Source: Octopus sinensis
Taxonomy: Eukaryota
Length of the DNA stretch: 64,000 nt
Direction of reading: 5' to 3'
NCBI RefSeq assembly: GCF_006345805.1
Contig: NC_043017.1
Coordinates: 32,612,001-32,676,000 of the forward strand
Shown here: positions 51,573 to 64,000 of the stretch, one piece after another
Layout: every line of letters begins with the position of its first letter
How positions within the stretch are numbered: the stretch's first letter is position 1
Position numbers and translations under genes: made by a program
The notes under the pieces: model-generated
What the model was told of the DNA's origin: nothing
What the model saw: the letters and a program-made list of their open reading frames with translations, nothing else
Database searches by the model: none

Positions 51573-52163
51573 GTGTGTGTATATGTTTGTGTGTCTGTGT
51601 TTGTATACCCAACATCGCTTGACAACTGTAACTTAGCGGTTCAGTAAAAGAGGCCCATAGAATAAGTACTAGGCTTACAAAGAATAAGTCCTACCGTCGA
51701 TTTGCTCAACTAAAAGCGGTGCTCCAGTATGGCCACAGTTAACTTACTGAAACAAGTAAAATAGTAAAAAAAAAAAAAGTATATAATAGGCTTCTTTCAG
51801 TTTCCATCTGCCAAATCCACTCACAAGGCAGCTCTGGTCAAACTGTTCTACCCATGATAGCATGGGAAATGGATGTTAAAGGATGATGATGGTGATGATG
51901 TTGATATATATATATATATAATAGTATTAATTCATAGTAGGATATAGATTTCATATTAGAAATAATAAAAGCCTAATGCAAACTCCATCTCCTACTATCT
52001 GTTAGTACTATTACCCTTAGTGCCACTACAAATTTCCTGAAGTAGATCCAAAAGAAGTGTACCACAACTACGGATGACCACAGGGAGCATAAACTGTGTT
52101 GGTGCTCTACTCAACATTTAAACACTGTAATTGAATTATACATATTTGTCTAAATTTTCTAGC

Positions 52164-52194
<31 letters not shown>

Positions 52195-52350
52195 ACTGGC
52201 TGCTTTCAGTTTCCATCTACTAAATCCACTCACACAGCTTTGGTCAGCCCAAGGCTATAGTAGAAGACAATTGCACAAGGTGGTATGCGGTGGATTGAAC
52301 CTGGAACCATGTGGTTGGTAAGCAAGTTACTTGCCACACAGCCACTCCTG

Positions 52351-52394
<44 letters not shown>

Positions 52395-53353
52395 GTATAT
52401 ATATGTAAATGTAATATGTGACAATTATTCGGTAGCCATGATAAAACTCCGAGTTTCAGATGCTGAGGTGGAAATCCATGCCAAATTCCTCTATTTACAT
52501 AATATCGAGGTCTCTTTCATTCTTTTGTTGTCTTACCATTTTTATCAACATATATATATATATATATATATACCAGTGTGTATTTTCTGTTTACCAAATC
52601 TACTCAGGGCCATAGCAGACAACAATGTACAAGGTAGCATACAGTGGGACTGAACCCAAGACCATATGGTTATGAAACAAGCTTCTTTATCACCACTGTC
52701 ACACTTGCATTTTGGTGAAGTTTATGAGGAAAATTCTAAGAAGTGATTTGAAGGAAGATCAGGATGAAAGAAAAACCTTCAACAACTTCAATAAGTGAGA
52801 ACCTTTTGAAGCAAGAATTGATCGAACATCAAACTCCGACATTAACAGGTGATGAAACTCTTAAGACTGTGTTGAAGGAAAATAGTGCTCTTTTAGAGTG
52901 CCAGAATATGAAGACAGCTGGGAAGTTCAAAAGAAAATATAAAAAGGTTACTTGATATCAACAATAAACTTGGCTGTGATTACTGTACAAAAATTGAGTC
53001 CAGAAACATTAAAGGAATAAATGTTTCAAAAGAATGGAAAGTTGCAATGTTGAAGGCTTAAGGAACAAACAAAGTCTTCCAGTAGGTAATTCTTAAAAAA
53101 AATATGAATAACCATTTTTGACCAAAAGTACATAATATGCAATAAGTAATACAACTTCAGTCATATGTAATGCAACTAAAGGAACCTCGAAGGAATGCAG
53201 CAACAAAAACCATTAATGGAATAAGAAAAATATATGAAGCATCGCTGGTAAAATGTTTAGTACCAGCTACGATGTAAGAGAATGAAACAGATCCCTTTTG
53301 AATACTGAATTAGAGACCCCTTTTGAAAACTGAATCTGAGATTGAGTAAGAGA

Positions 53354-53736
53354 TCTTTATATATAAAATAGAGGTTGTGTGCTGTCTGTCTCCTATGATT
53401 TAGATTCCTAACTACTCCCACATTTTGCGGTGCAGTTTAACCAAACCGGGTATCTTATAGTCGTGATTCATATCGAGCCCTTCTGGGTATTAGCGTGCGT
53501 CTACGATGAGTCTACGATTTAAAAATAAATTTACCATCAATTTTTCCCATTTTTAATGCATTTTTGGCATATATAAGGGAAGTAACTCTCTAAAAATTCA
53601 TTATTAAATCTCAGAACGTAAAAAGCTAACCTTTGTGGTTAGCCATATTGAGATGGCTATTATACTTTACATCTCTAAAAATGCTTATATAGTTATTTCC
53701 CTTACAAACCCGAGCAACGCCGGGCGATACTGCTAG
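53354..53736 (+). mobile_element. Non-autonomous Helitron
   Basis: A|TCTTTATA...CCCGAGCAACGCCGGG-CGATACTG-CTAG|T; no TSD; matches 16465-16859. Confidence 0.87.
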
Positions 53737-53802
53737 TAAACAATGAAATGGAAATGGGTAATAGAACTTCATTCCCACAAGACAGATATTAAATTAGTTC
53801 AA

Positions 53803-54008
53803 GTTTTGGCACGAGGCCAGCAATTTTGTGGGAAGGGACAAGTCAATTACATTGACCACCAGTGTTCAAATTGTACTTATTTTATTGCCCCCAAAAGGAT
53901 GAAAGGCAGAGTCACCCCCAGTGGATTTTGAACTCAATATGTATAGACAGACAAAATGCCACTAAATACTTTGTCCTGTGTGCTAATGATTCTGTGAGCT
54001 TGTCACCA
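53803..54008 (-). mobile_element. SINE family C copy with 12-bp TSD
   Basis: AAATTAGTTCAA at 53791-53802 and 54009-54020. Confidence 0.8.
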
Positions 54009-54924
54009 AAATTAGTTCAATGTGTAAGAATTAACACTTCCTTCTCTAAGCCTTGATTCAAAACCGAATCCAAGAATTCTCAGTCGTTGAAACCACGACA
54101 ATCAACAGGCATGAAAAAAGGTTTTCTTTGTCCTGTCAAAAATTGATTGATCATCTCCCTTTGACCTGCGACCTCATCATATCAGGCGAAGTTCAACTGG
54201 ACAAGCGCTGACCTATTTAGGTACAAACTCTGCTGCAGTATGTCTGTCTTTCTAGCTGCCACAAATATTATAAATACATGGGTGAAACAGAAAGGCAGGC
54301 AGACAATTGCAGCAGAGACGGGAGCAGACAGATGAGATAGATCTATCTACGACCCAAGATTTTGGCAGATGACAGAGACAGAGAGAAGTGTCAAAGTGCC
54401 GATAGACTACTGTTTCAAATGAAACACGCACACACACAAACATATTCATTCCTAATATGTACTCTGTATTTCTAGCAACTCGTAGCAGTTGCCTACATTT
54501 GTATGTAGTGTACCTATAACCCTGTAAATAAATTCCTTTCAATCATGAATCAGTTTACGTATTTGTTTACATACACACTTAACCACTACAAATGTATTGC
54601 AATGGAAAATAAGCTTTGTGTCGAGGCTTCAATGATTCCAAGTCAACCAGTTGTCGTCATTTTTAAGAAAGTTGAATACAGTAATTTTTCACTAAAATTT
54701 CTTTTTGGTTTGAGTTGAAACGATACGATGTAAAAGCCATACATATTTCAGTATTATAAAGTCTACATTTTGCTGAAGTCAATGAGGACTGTCTCAAAGT
54801 AAAAATGATTTGATTGCATTTTGTATTGAATGTAGAAAGTGTAATACTCAGAAGATTTCAAGAATGAGTGCCAAATTTCAGAATGAAATTCCAGGAATTG
54901 TTTATTATCTGCAACTTGTTTTGA

Positions 54925-55232
54925 ATATTCTGTTGTGTCTGGGGAGAGTCATTTTCTTTTTATGCTTTATAATATAACACACTCACTGGTAAAATTTCCA
55001 CATTTTCTCTTATTTTCATTGTCCTAAAATTTTCGTTGCGTCTTGCAACCTTTTCAATAGTTTTGACTCTAAAAACTATTGAAAACTGAGTCAATACTAT
55101 TGAAAAGGTTGCAAGACACAACGAAAATTTTAGGTCAATAAAAATAAGAAAAAAAGTGGAAATTTTACCAGTGAGTATGTTACATTATTAGGCACAAAAA
55201 GAAAATGACTCTCCCCAGACACAACAGAATAT
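54925..55232. mobile_element. Fold-back MITE, ~308 bp
   Basis: ATATTCTGTTGTGTCTGGGGAGAGTCATTTTC mirrored by GAAAATGACTCTCCCCAGACACAACAGAATAT; arms ~145 bp. Confidence 0.85.
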
Positions 55233-58017
55233 GCTTCAACACACGAACTCATATAAAGAATCTTGCAAACCAAATCCAAAAACAAAATTGTTTTGAATAA
55301 TTCTATCAAAAACATAAAACAAAATTTAACCTGTCTATTGATGAAATACACAAGATTTTTCACCAATGAAGTAAAACAACCAAACAGAACTCTTTAAAAC
55401 TTTAAGACAACATGGATAAAATCCTAAAGAATTGTTGTGTTTAGGACCAAGATGGGTTGCTTGCAGCCTTGGATCAGCATTTGCATTATGATGTGCTTAT
55501 CCAGCATTGTTCAACCACTTTTCTTTTAAATAGAAATCTACAGGAATGGTTCTCCATCTTTCCTACAAATGATTTCTGGAAAATTTATCAACCATGACAG
55601 ATTTGCATAAAGAACTTCCATTACTGTCAAATGCTCTTCAAGCAAAAAATTTCAGTATACTATGAACAGAAAAATTAATGAACAGATCAATCAAGGCCTT
55701 TGAAATGCATAAAAAGAGAAGGGATACCTATGACATAAAAGGAAATGATACCAATCTTTTGAAAGCTTTGCAACTTATTGAGTTTGTTGAATATAAGGAT
55801 TGCATGAGTCTTCCTTGCCAAAGACTATTGGATGCAGTAATAAGAAATAGGAAACGGAGATCGATAGATCATCATCATCATCGTTTAACGTCCGCTTTCC
55901 ATGCTAGCATGGGTTGCATGATTTTGACTGAGAGCTGGCAAACCAGATGGCTGCACCAGAACCCAATTTTGATCTGGCAGAGTTTATATAGCTGGATGCC
56001 CTTCCTAATGCCAACCACTCCGAGAGTGTAGTGGGTCCCTTTTACGTGCCACTGGCATGGGGCCAGTAAGGCGATACTGGCAATGACCTACTCGAATCTT
56101 TTTACACAGATTCGATAGATAGTGATATTATATCAACAAGAAACAATGAGAATTCATGATTTGGTAAATATTGTTGACCTAAATTCTTGAAAGATTGAAG
56201 ATACAAGAAAGCAAGTGGAAAGTAGTTGAAGATGATATCTGAGGAATTCCTTAAACAATTTCGCAATGAGATCTGTGCCAATGATTTCCAAGATTACATT
56301 GGAAATGCTTTCTGAAATTAGCATAATAAGGACCATCCAATTATCAGCACAAAAAAGACAAACATACAGACATATGTATGTATGTACGTATACACACACA
56401 CACACACACATACATATAATCATTATCTTCATCATTTAACGTCCATGTTCCATGCTGTCATGGGTTGGATAGTTTAACAGGAACTGATGTGTCCAAGGAC
56501 TCCATAGAGCTCCAATGTGTGCCCAAAGTGCCACGCCATGGAGCTGAACCCAGAACCATGTGATTAAGAAAGCAAACTTCTTAACCACACAACCACACCT
56601 GTGCCTAGATATGTATAATTAATGTTCATCATCATCATCATCATCGTTTAACGTCCGTTCTCCATGCTAGGATGGGTTGGACTGTTCGACCGGGGATCTG
56701 GGAAGCCAGAAGGCTGCACCAGGCTCCAGTCTTATCTGGCAATGTTTCTACAGCTGGATGCCCTTCCTAACGCCAACCACTCCATGAGTGTAGTGGGTGC
56801 TTTTTACATGCCACCCGCACAGGTGCCAGGCGAGGCTGGCAACGGCCACGGTCGGATTGGTGCAATTTACGTGCCACTGGCACGGAAGCCAGTCGAGGCG
56901 GCGCTGGCATCGGCCACGATTCGGATCAGATGTTATTGATATGAAATCTGTAGAGGTATAAAGAGGAATTTTGATGATGAAAATTATATATTCTATAACA
57001 GAGTTGCCATGAATTAAAAAAAGAAGTGAGAAATTTACAGATTTTAAGGTGATTAATTTGAACAACCTCCCATTGAATACGTGAAATTTTACAGATTTTA
57101 ATGAAAAATCATACAGGCACAGGAGCGGCTGTGTGGTAAGTAGCTTGTCTAACAACCACATGGTTCCGGGTTCAGTCCCACTGCGTGGCACCTTGGGCAA
57201 GTGTCTTCTACTATTGCCTCGGGCCGACCAAAACCTTGTGAGTGGATTTGGTAGATGGAAACTGAAAGAAGCCCGTCGTATATATGTATATATATATATG
57301 TGTGTGTGTGTTTGTGTGTCTGTGTTTGTCCCCCTAGCATTGCTTGACAACCGATGCTGGTGTGTTTATGTCCCCGTAACTTAGCAGTTCAGCAAAAGAG
57401 ACCGATGGAATAAGTACTGGGCTTACAAAAGAATAAGTCCCGGGGTCGGGTTGCTCGATTAAAAAAAGGCGGTGCTCCAACATGGCCGCAGTCAAATGAC
57501 TGAAACAAGTAAAAGAGCAAAAGAGTAAGAGATGTTGATACAAGAGTAAAACATGCAACCATTGGAAAATAGAACGAAAGAAAAAGCTTCAATATGGAAA
57601 TATCTGAAGCATGAGGCTAAATGAAAGTCTCTTATTACATAAATGCTGTTGTTTCTTGCTTCTTTATGCTTTTATTGGTGCATGGCTTGTTTCACTGGCA
57701 AAGAATTTAAGAATGCAAAAGAGGAAAGGAAGAACCAAATCCTAATTTCACGGGGGAAAAAAATTATTCCTATGTAGAAGAGGACCGTGTCCTAAAAAAT
57801 TTTCATCCCAGAACTGGAGATGGGGCTTCGTGACCCATCTAAGAGGACGACGACAACCTACCTATTCCCGTGTCAGGATGGAAAGAGGATGTGAAGCAAC
57901 AGTGATGATGACAATATATGTGTAGATGTATTAACATACATATATACATATACACATATACATATACATATATACATATATACACATATACATATATACA
58001 CATATACATATACATAC

Positions 58018-58055
<38 letters not shown>

Positions 58056-59031
58056 ACATATATACATATATACATATATACATATACACATATATATATA
58101 TACACACATATGTGTGTGTTTATCTATGCATGGATGCATACACACATGCATGCGCACACACGCACACACACACACACACTCATATACACGTGTATACAAC
58201 AATGCCAAAATAAAATAAGGAAAAATCAAACTCGGTACAACTTGTTTGTACAATTTAATTTGCAGCAACTTTCTTTCCGTTCAGAATTTTCATCAATAAA
58301 TCAAAATAAATCCACAACTTTGTTGTAATATTTTCAATGAATGTTTCACTGATATTGAAAATTTGCGATATTGTAACATTTGTAAGAATATCACAGAAAT
58401 TTTTTTTTCTATTCAATTTGTTTTTGTTTTTTTTTTATTATTTAATATAACCTTTGAAATGAAGAGAAAAAATAAGGACAATCACACTGCCAACCGATTC
58501 ATGTCACTCACATAAATTTAATCTTTACTATCTCCCTAGATCCAATTGAAGTTGTTATATTCCCAAAAGATGTTTTATGTATTTATGTATTAAAAAGAAA
58601 AGAATTCTTGCTCTTATGGAAATCATTTATTCTAAAGCTGTTACAACAAAACCATATCTTACCACATGAAGTTCTTGTTTGTATTTTGCATTTTGAAAAA
58701 AATTTCTTTTGTTTCTGATATTTATATTGGTTTGGAATGCCTTGTAGCATCATGTTTCACGAGATTATGGATTATAAGAGCAAACTACTATCTTTGGCAC
58801 TGAGATCACTTGAAGGAACAAAAAGAAACAAAAAAAAAAACAGAATTTAAAATGAAGGAAAAAAACAAACTAAAAGCGAAGAAAATTTAAATACTTGAGA
58901 AATATAATTAATTTCTTACTTTAAATAGAATATATTTTGTTGTTTATTTCTCTGGTTCAATCAGAAAGCAATATATTAAATTGAATAAATAATTTATAAA
59001 TATATACTTACATATGCATACATATACATGC

Positions 59032-59062
<31 letters not shown>

Positions 59063-59071
59063 TATACATAC

Positions 59072-59102
<31 letters not shown>

Positions 59103-59118
59103 ATCATATATATATATA

Positions 59119-59230
<112 letters not shown>

Positions 59231-60759
59231 ACACATGCACACACACACACATTCATATTTGCATACATATTTATTCATGTATACACACACATACATAAGT
59301 GATTCATATGATGTAGCGTGGACAGATGTTACAAGCTGAACAACAAAATGGCAAGGGCTCAAAGGTTGAGGCAACCTGTATAAAATGATGTCGCAGAAAG
59401 GCCTGTGACACACTGGCACACACTGATCTCAATATGCATTCTCAAAAAAGGAGATGACCAGGGACTCTAAAAACCGCGACATACTTGATTGTTGAAGACC
59501 AACACCTCCATACACCAGTATCAAATATGGTGATTTGGACCAGTATTTCAGAACATATTTTTCACTCATATAAACAGAAAGTATTAAGGAGATGTACTTG
59601 CATAGCAAGTGACCTGATCAGAGATCGTGTGCTGGAACGAAAACAATTGCAGCATGGAAGGTGTTTATAAGACATTTAAGAAACACAGAAAAACCGTTAG
59701 ATTCACTTCAACATTTAAATTTAACTTGTCAAAATATTTTCGTCGCTTTGAGACCACGATCTCTTCACTAAAAAACTCCGGGAGTTTTTGATTAAGTGCA
59801 TTGATACATTCTGGACATGAAACATCTCTGTAATATGTCTGTTCTCTCATAAACACAATCTACATTTTTCTGCTGTTGTTACACTAAAGCTTGCCTTTAC
59901 CTAACAAACTATATTTCATAGTTTTCAGCCTTCTTCTTCAACTACCATATGTGTGTGGCCAAGGTAGTGAAGTTCTGTTTTTTTTTTTGAAATTCCAGAA
60001 AGATATGGTGTGTTTGTTTAATCATGTTTTGAAGGAATTCCCCATCATTCTGATATGGCATTTTCTGCTAGATGTATCTCTTGAACCTCTGGACCTGACT
60101 TCAGAGACTATCAAGTGGGGGAAAAAATGGTATCTCTACCAAAACAACCACCCTCAGTGCTAAGGCTAGGTTTGCACAAAAGGATATTCTTCATGATATG
60201 CATGCCAATGATAGGTGACTTACGTGTGTGTCTATTGAAAATGTTTTTATATCTAGATGTGAGATGTAAATGTTTATCAAATAACTTTTTAAAATCCTTG
60301 TCTAAGCCAAAATTACATTAAGAGTTGAGAGTCCCCAAGGACAAATACCCTTAGTTTAATCCTTGTGTGGAATCAACATGGCTCAGTTCTTGACCAAACT
60401 GAACGTGTAGAATCCTTCTGCGCATTTTCTGTTTACCAAACTTCAATCACAAGTTTTGGTTTAATCCAAAGAAATGGGTTAACCTGAAATTTGTACTAAG
60501 TCTTGAGTTAATCCAATCTCCATTACACAAAGGACCCCACATAGTGGGCGCAGACCCAGGAAATCATAATTTTGAAACAAACTTCTAAACCAAACAATCA
60601 TGTCATTTCCCTAATGTTTAACTATCAACCTACCTACCAAACTACATGCATACCTACTTAACTACCATCAATCAATTTATATATCTATCAGCTTACCTAC
60701 TTAGAATGTTGCCTACTGATCTTCTTACCTGCTTGCCTACCTACCAACTTACCTATTGA

Positions 60760-61594
60760 CCTATCTACATGCCAACCTTCTTACCTACATACCTACCTAC
60801 CTACCTACTTACTGACCTAGCTACCTACCTTACTACCACACAACCTGCCTACAGACATACATACCTACATACATATCTTATAAATACATACATACATACA
60901 TACATACATACATACATGCATACATACATGCATGCATACATACATACATTCATGCATACATACATACCTTCATGCATACATATATACATTTATACATACA
61001 TACCTTCATACATACACACATACATACATACCTTCATACATACATACATACATACATACATACCTTCATACATACATACATATATACATACCTTCATACA
61101 TGCATGCATACATACATACATACATACATACATACATACATACCTTCATAAACACATACATACCTTCATACATACATACATACATACATACATACCTTCA
61201 TACATACCTTCATACATACATACATATATACATACATACATACATACCTTCATACATACATAACTTCATACATACATACCTTCATACACACATACATACA
61301 TGCATACATACATACATACCTTCATACATACATACATACTACATACATACAGACATGCATACATACATACATACACACATACATACATACATACCTTTAT
61401 ACATACATACATACATACAAACATACATACATTCATACGTACATACATACCTTCATACATACATACATACATACATACATACATGCATGCATACATACAT
61501 ACATTCATACATACATACATTCATACATACATACATACATACATACATACCTTCATACATACATACCTTCATACATACCTTCATACATACGTAC

Positions 61595-61625
<31 letters not shown>

Positions 61626-61882
61626 CATACATACATACATACATACATACATACATGCATGCATGCATACATTCATGCATGCATGCATACATACATACAT
61701 TCATACATACATACATACATTCATACATGCATGCATACATACATACATTCATACATACATACATACATACATACATGCATGCATACATACATACATTCAT
61801 ACATACATACATTCATACATACATACATACATACATACCTTCATACATACATACCTTCATACATACCTTCATACATACGTAC

Positions 61883-61913
<31 letters not shown>

Positions 61914-61966
61914 CATACATACATACATACATACATACATACATACATACCTTCATACATACGTAC

Positions 61967-61997
<31 letters not shown>

Positions 61998-62185
61998 CAT
62001 ACATACATACATACATGCATACATACATACATACATACCTTCATACATACATACTACATACATACAGACATGCATACATACATACATACATACATACAAA
62101 CATACCTTCATCTATACATACATACATACATACATTCATACATACATACATACACACATACATACCTTCATACATGCATACACAT
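60760..62185. repeat. 1.4-kb (CATA)n array with CCTT/CATT/TGCA variant units
   Basis: Direct reading; source of the HTYI ORFs. Confidence 0.95.
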
Positions 62186-62787
62186 AAAAATACTTAAACA
62201 CGACTGAAGCAATTTGAGGGACAGAGCAGTTAAGTAAAATAAATAGCGTAAAAGAATAAAATCGGAAAAGAAAAACAAGAAACACAGAAAACTCTAAATT
62301 GCAGTCGACAGAAGTGGACTAGAAGAATTCAAGTCGATTCCTTTTGAGTATGTAGTCTTTCTAAAAAGGGTAATAAGAGTCATTGTTTTCCAATATATTT
62401 TACTACCATGATAACACAAAAGAGAAGAATAGTCTTGGAGGGGAAATGAGAGCGAAGGACTATAAAGACAGACATTGAAGAAAAACTAAAAGTATGAATG
62501 TGTTTGGCTGGGTTTGTTATTGTTGTTGTTGCTGTTGTTGCTGTTGTTGCTGGTGGTGGTGGTGGAGGAGGTGGTGGTGGTAGTAAAAGATATAAAATGG
62601 AGACAGCAGGACCAGAATCTCAAAAAAAAAAAAAAAAGAAAACAGCAACAACAAAAGAAAAAGAAGAACTCACCTGAATATTTGCCAAGATGATAAAATA
62701 CCAATATAAGAATAACGTAAAACACCGAAAGAAGAATAGCAAGAACAACTATGATAACAACAGCAACAGCAGCAGCAGTAGTAGTTA

Positions 62788-62828
<41 letters not shown>

Positions 62829-63516
62829 ACAATGGCAGTAACAGCAGCAAATTTTCAGTGATATAAGCAATGACACAGATGACTACCGAGATAACTTATT
62901 AGTACATGTAAATAAATTGGTGCTTACACATATCGCAGAGAAACTGACAGAGCATATATTCGGTAAACAGAAACGTATAGAAATATATGTGCCAAGAAAG
63001 TATTTCTTTTAAGTCCCGTGGTCTCAGCATGTGCAGGGTATAGTGACTATTTGAACCTGAAATATGAATTAGTATAGTTTATATAGGTGCAGGAGTGGCT
63101 GTGTGGTAAATAGCTTGCTTACCAACCACATGGTTCCGGGTTCAGTCCCACTGCGTGGCACCATGGGCAAAGTGTCTTCTACTATAGCCTTGGCCAACCA
63201 AAGCCTTGTGAGTAGATTTGGTAGATGGAAACTGAAAGAAGCCCGTCATATATATGTATATATATATATGTGTGTGTATGTGTTTGTGTGTCTATGCTTG
63301 TTCCCCCAACATCGTTTGACAACCGATGATGGTATGTTTACGACCAAAGCCTTGTGAGTAGATTTGGTAGACGGAAACTGAAAGAAGCCTGTCGTATATA
63401 TGTATATATATATATCTATATATAATTTTTAATCCAAACGGGAAACAAAAAAACAACAACAATGGAACAATTACAGTATTATTATTAATAGGCGCTCAGG
63501 AAAAGGAAGCAGGGAG

Positions 63517-63551
63517 GTATGACGTTTCGAGCGGAGCTCTTCGTCGGAAAC
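63517..63551 (-). ncRNA. Minimal type-I hammerhead-like motif (family P1, best-preserved core)
   Basis: Minus strand GTTT-CCGACGA-A-GAGC-TCC-GCTC-GAAA-CGT-C-ATAC; GUC triplet; stem I 3 of 4 pairs. Confidence 0.5.
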
Positions 63552-64000
63552 ATAAAGAAGGAAGAGAGAGGAAAGAAAGATCCCAGAGCGGGCAACATGT
63601 AGGTGCGTGTGTGTATGTGTTTGTGTATCTATGTTTGTTCCCCCAACATCACTTGACAACCGATGCTGGTGTGTCTATGTCCCTGTAATGTAGCGGTTCG
63701 GCAAAAAAGAGACCGATAGAATAAGTACTGGGCTTACAAAGAATAAGTCCTGGGGTCAATTTGGTCGACTAAAGGCAGTGCTCCAGCATGGCCACAATCA
63801 AATGACTGAAACAAGTAAAAGAGTAAAGAGTATTTGTGCAATGAAAAGTTACACTACAACACAAATTAATTTTGAATCCCAATCCTGGAGATAAGACATA
63901 AATTTCTGTTGAAGAAGTACAAATGTGAAACTACAACACCTACAAAATACATATCTCTCTTTTCTCTTTTACTTGTTTCAGTCATTTGACTGCGGCCATG

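Larger units (their letters stand above)
52740..56340 (+). pseudogene. Fragmented hAT transposase (KIAA1586/ZNF862-like family) interrupted by younger insertions
   Basis: Collinear frameshifted blocks: KLGCDYC..VSKEW (~52965), GKMFSTSY (~53250), LHSHK (~53770), DLIAFC (~54810), LGPRWVACS..AYPALFNHF (~55440), ELPLLSNALQ..RSIKAFE (~55610), NDFQDYIGN (~56280). Family resemblance from memory. Confidence 0.7.

Noticed and set aside
56748-57350. 200-aa ORF
   Set aside because: Read-through across a SINE A copy, AT-rich spacer and RTE-tail element; the same peptide pieces recur at every SINE copy.
60769-62207. HTYI/MYVC ORFs
   Set aside because: Translations of (CATA)n.

Overview
Eukaryotic, AT-rich, repeat-dominated genomic DNA. 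It is most likely an octopus/cephalopod intron or intergenic region (inferred from the SINE families and the extreme microsatellite load; not verified). No host gene is recognisable by homology. The window contains: a young 5'-truncated RTE LINE with target-site duplication; many tRNA-head SINEs and RTE-3'UTR-derived short elements; R4/Dong-like LINE fragments sitting in (TAA)n; a full-length decayed mariner; a fragmented hAT transposase; non-autonomous Helitrons; Penelope-type remnants; several fold-back MITEs; a 63-bp minisatellite; and long simple-sequence tracts, which explain nearly all long ORFs in the track. Most notable: a 491-bp tandem unit at 27540-28676, present in both orientations, in which each unit holds a complete canonical type-I hammerhead ribozyme fold. 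This is a retrozyme-like, possibly circular-RNA-producing element, and its inversion junction falls within a few nt of the predicted self-cleavage site. Two unrelated Penelope-type repeat families also carry minimal hammerhead-like motifs with a U4-to-C core variant. A weak, phase-compatible chain of small plus-strand exons may represent a host gene. All structures were derived by eye; no folding or database searches were run.
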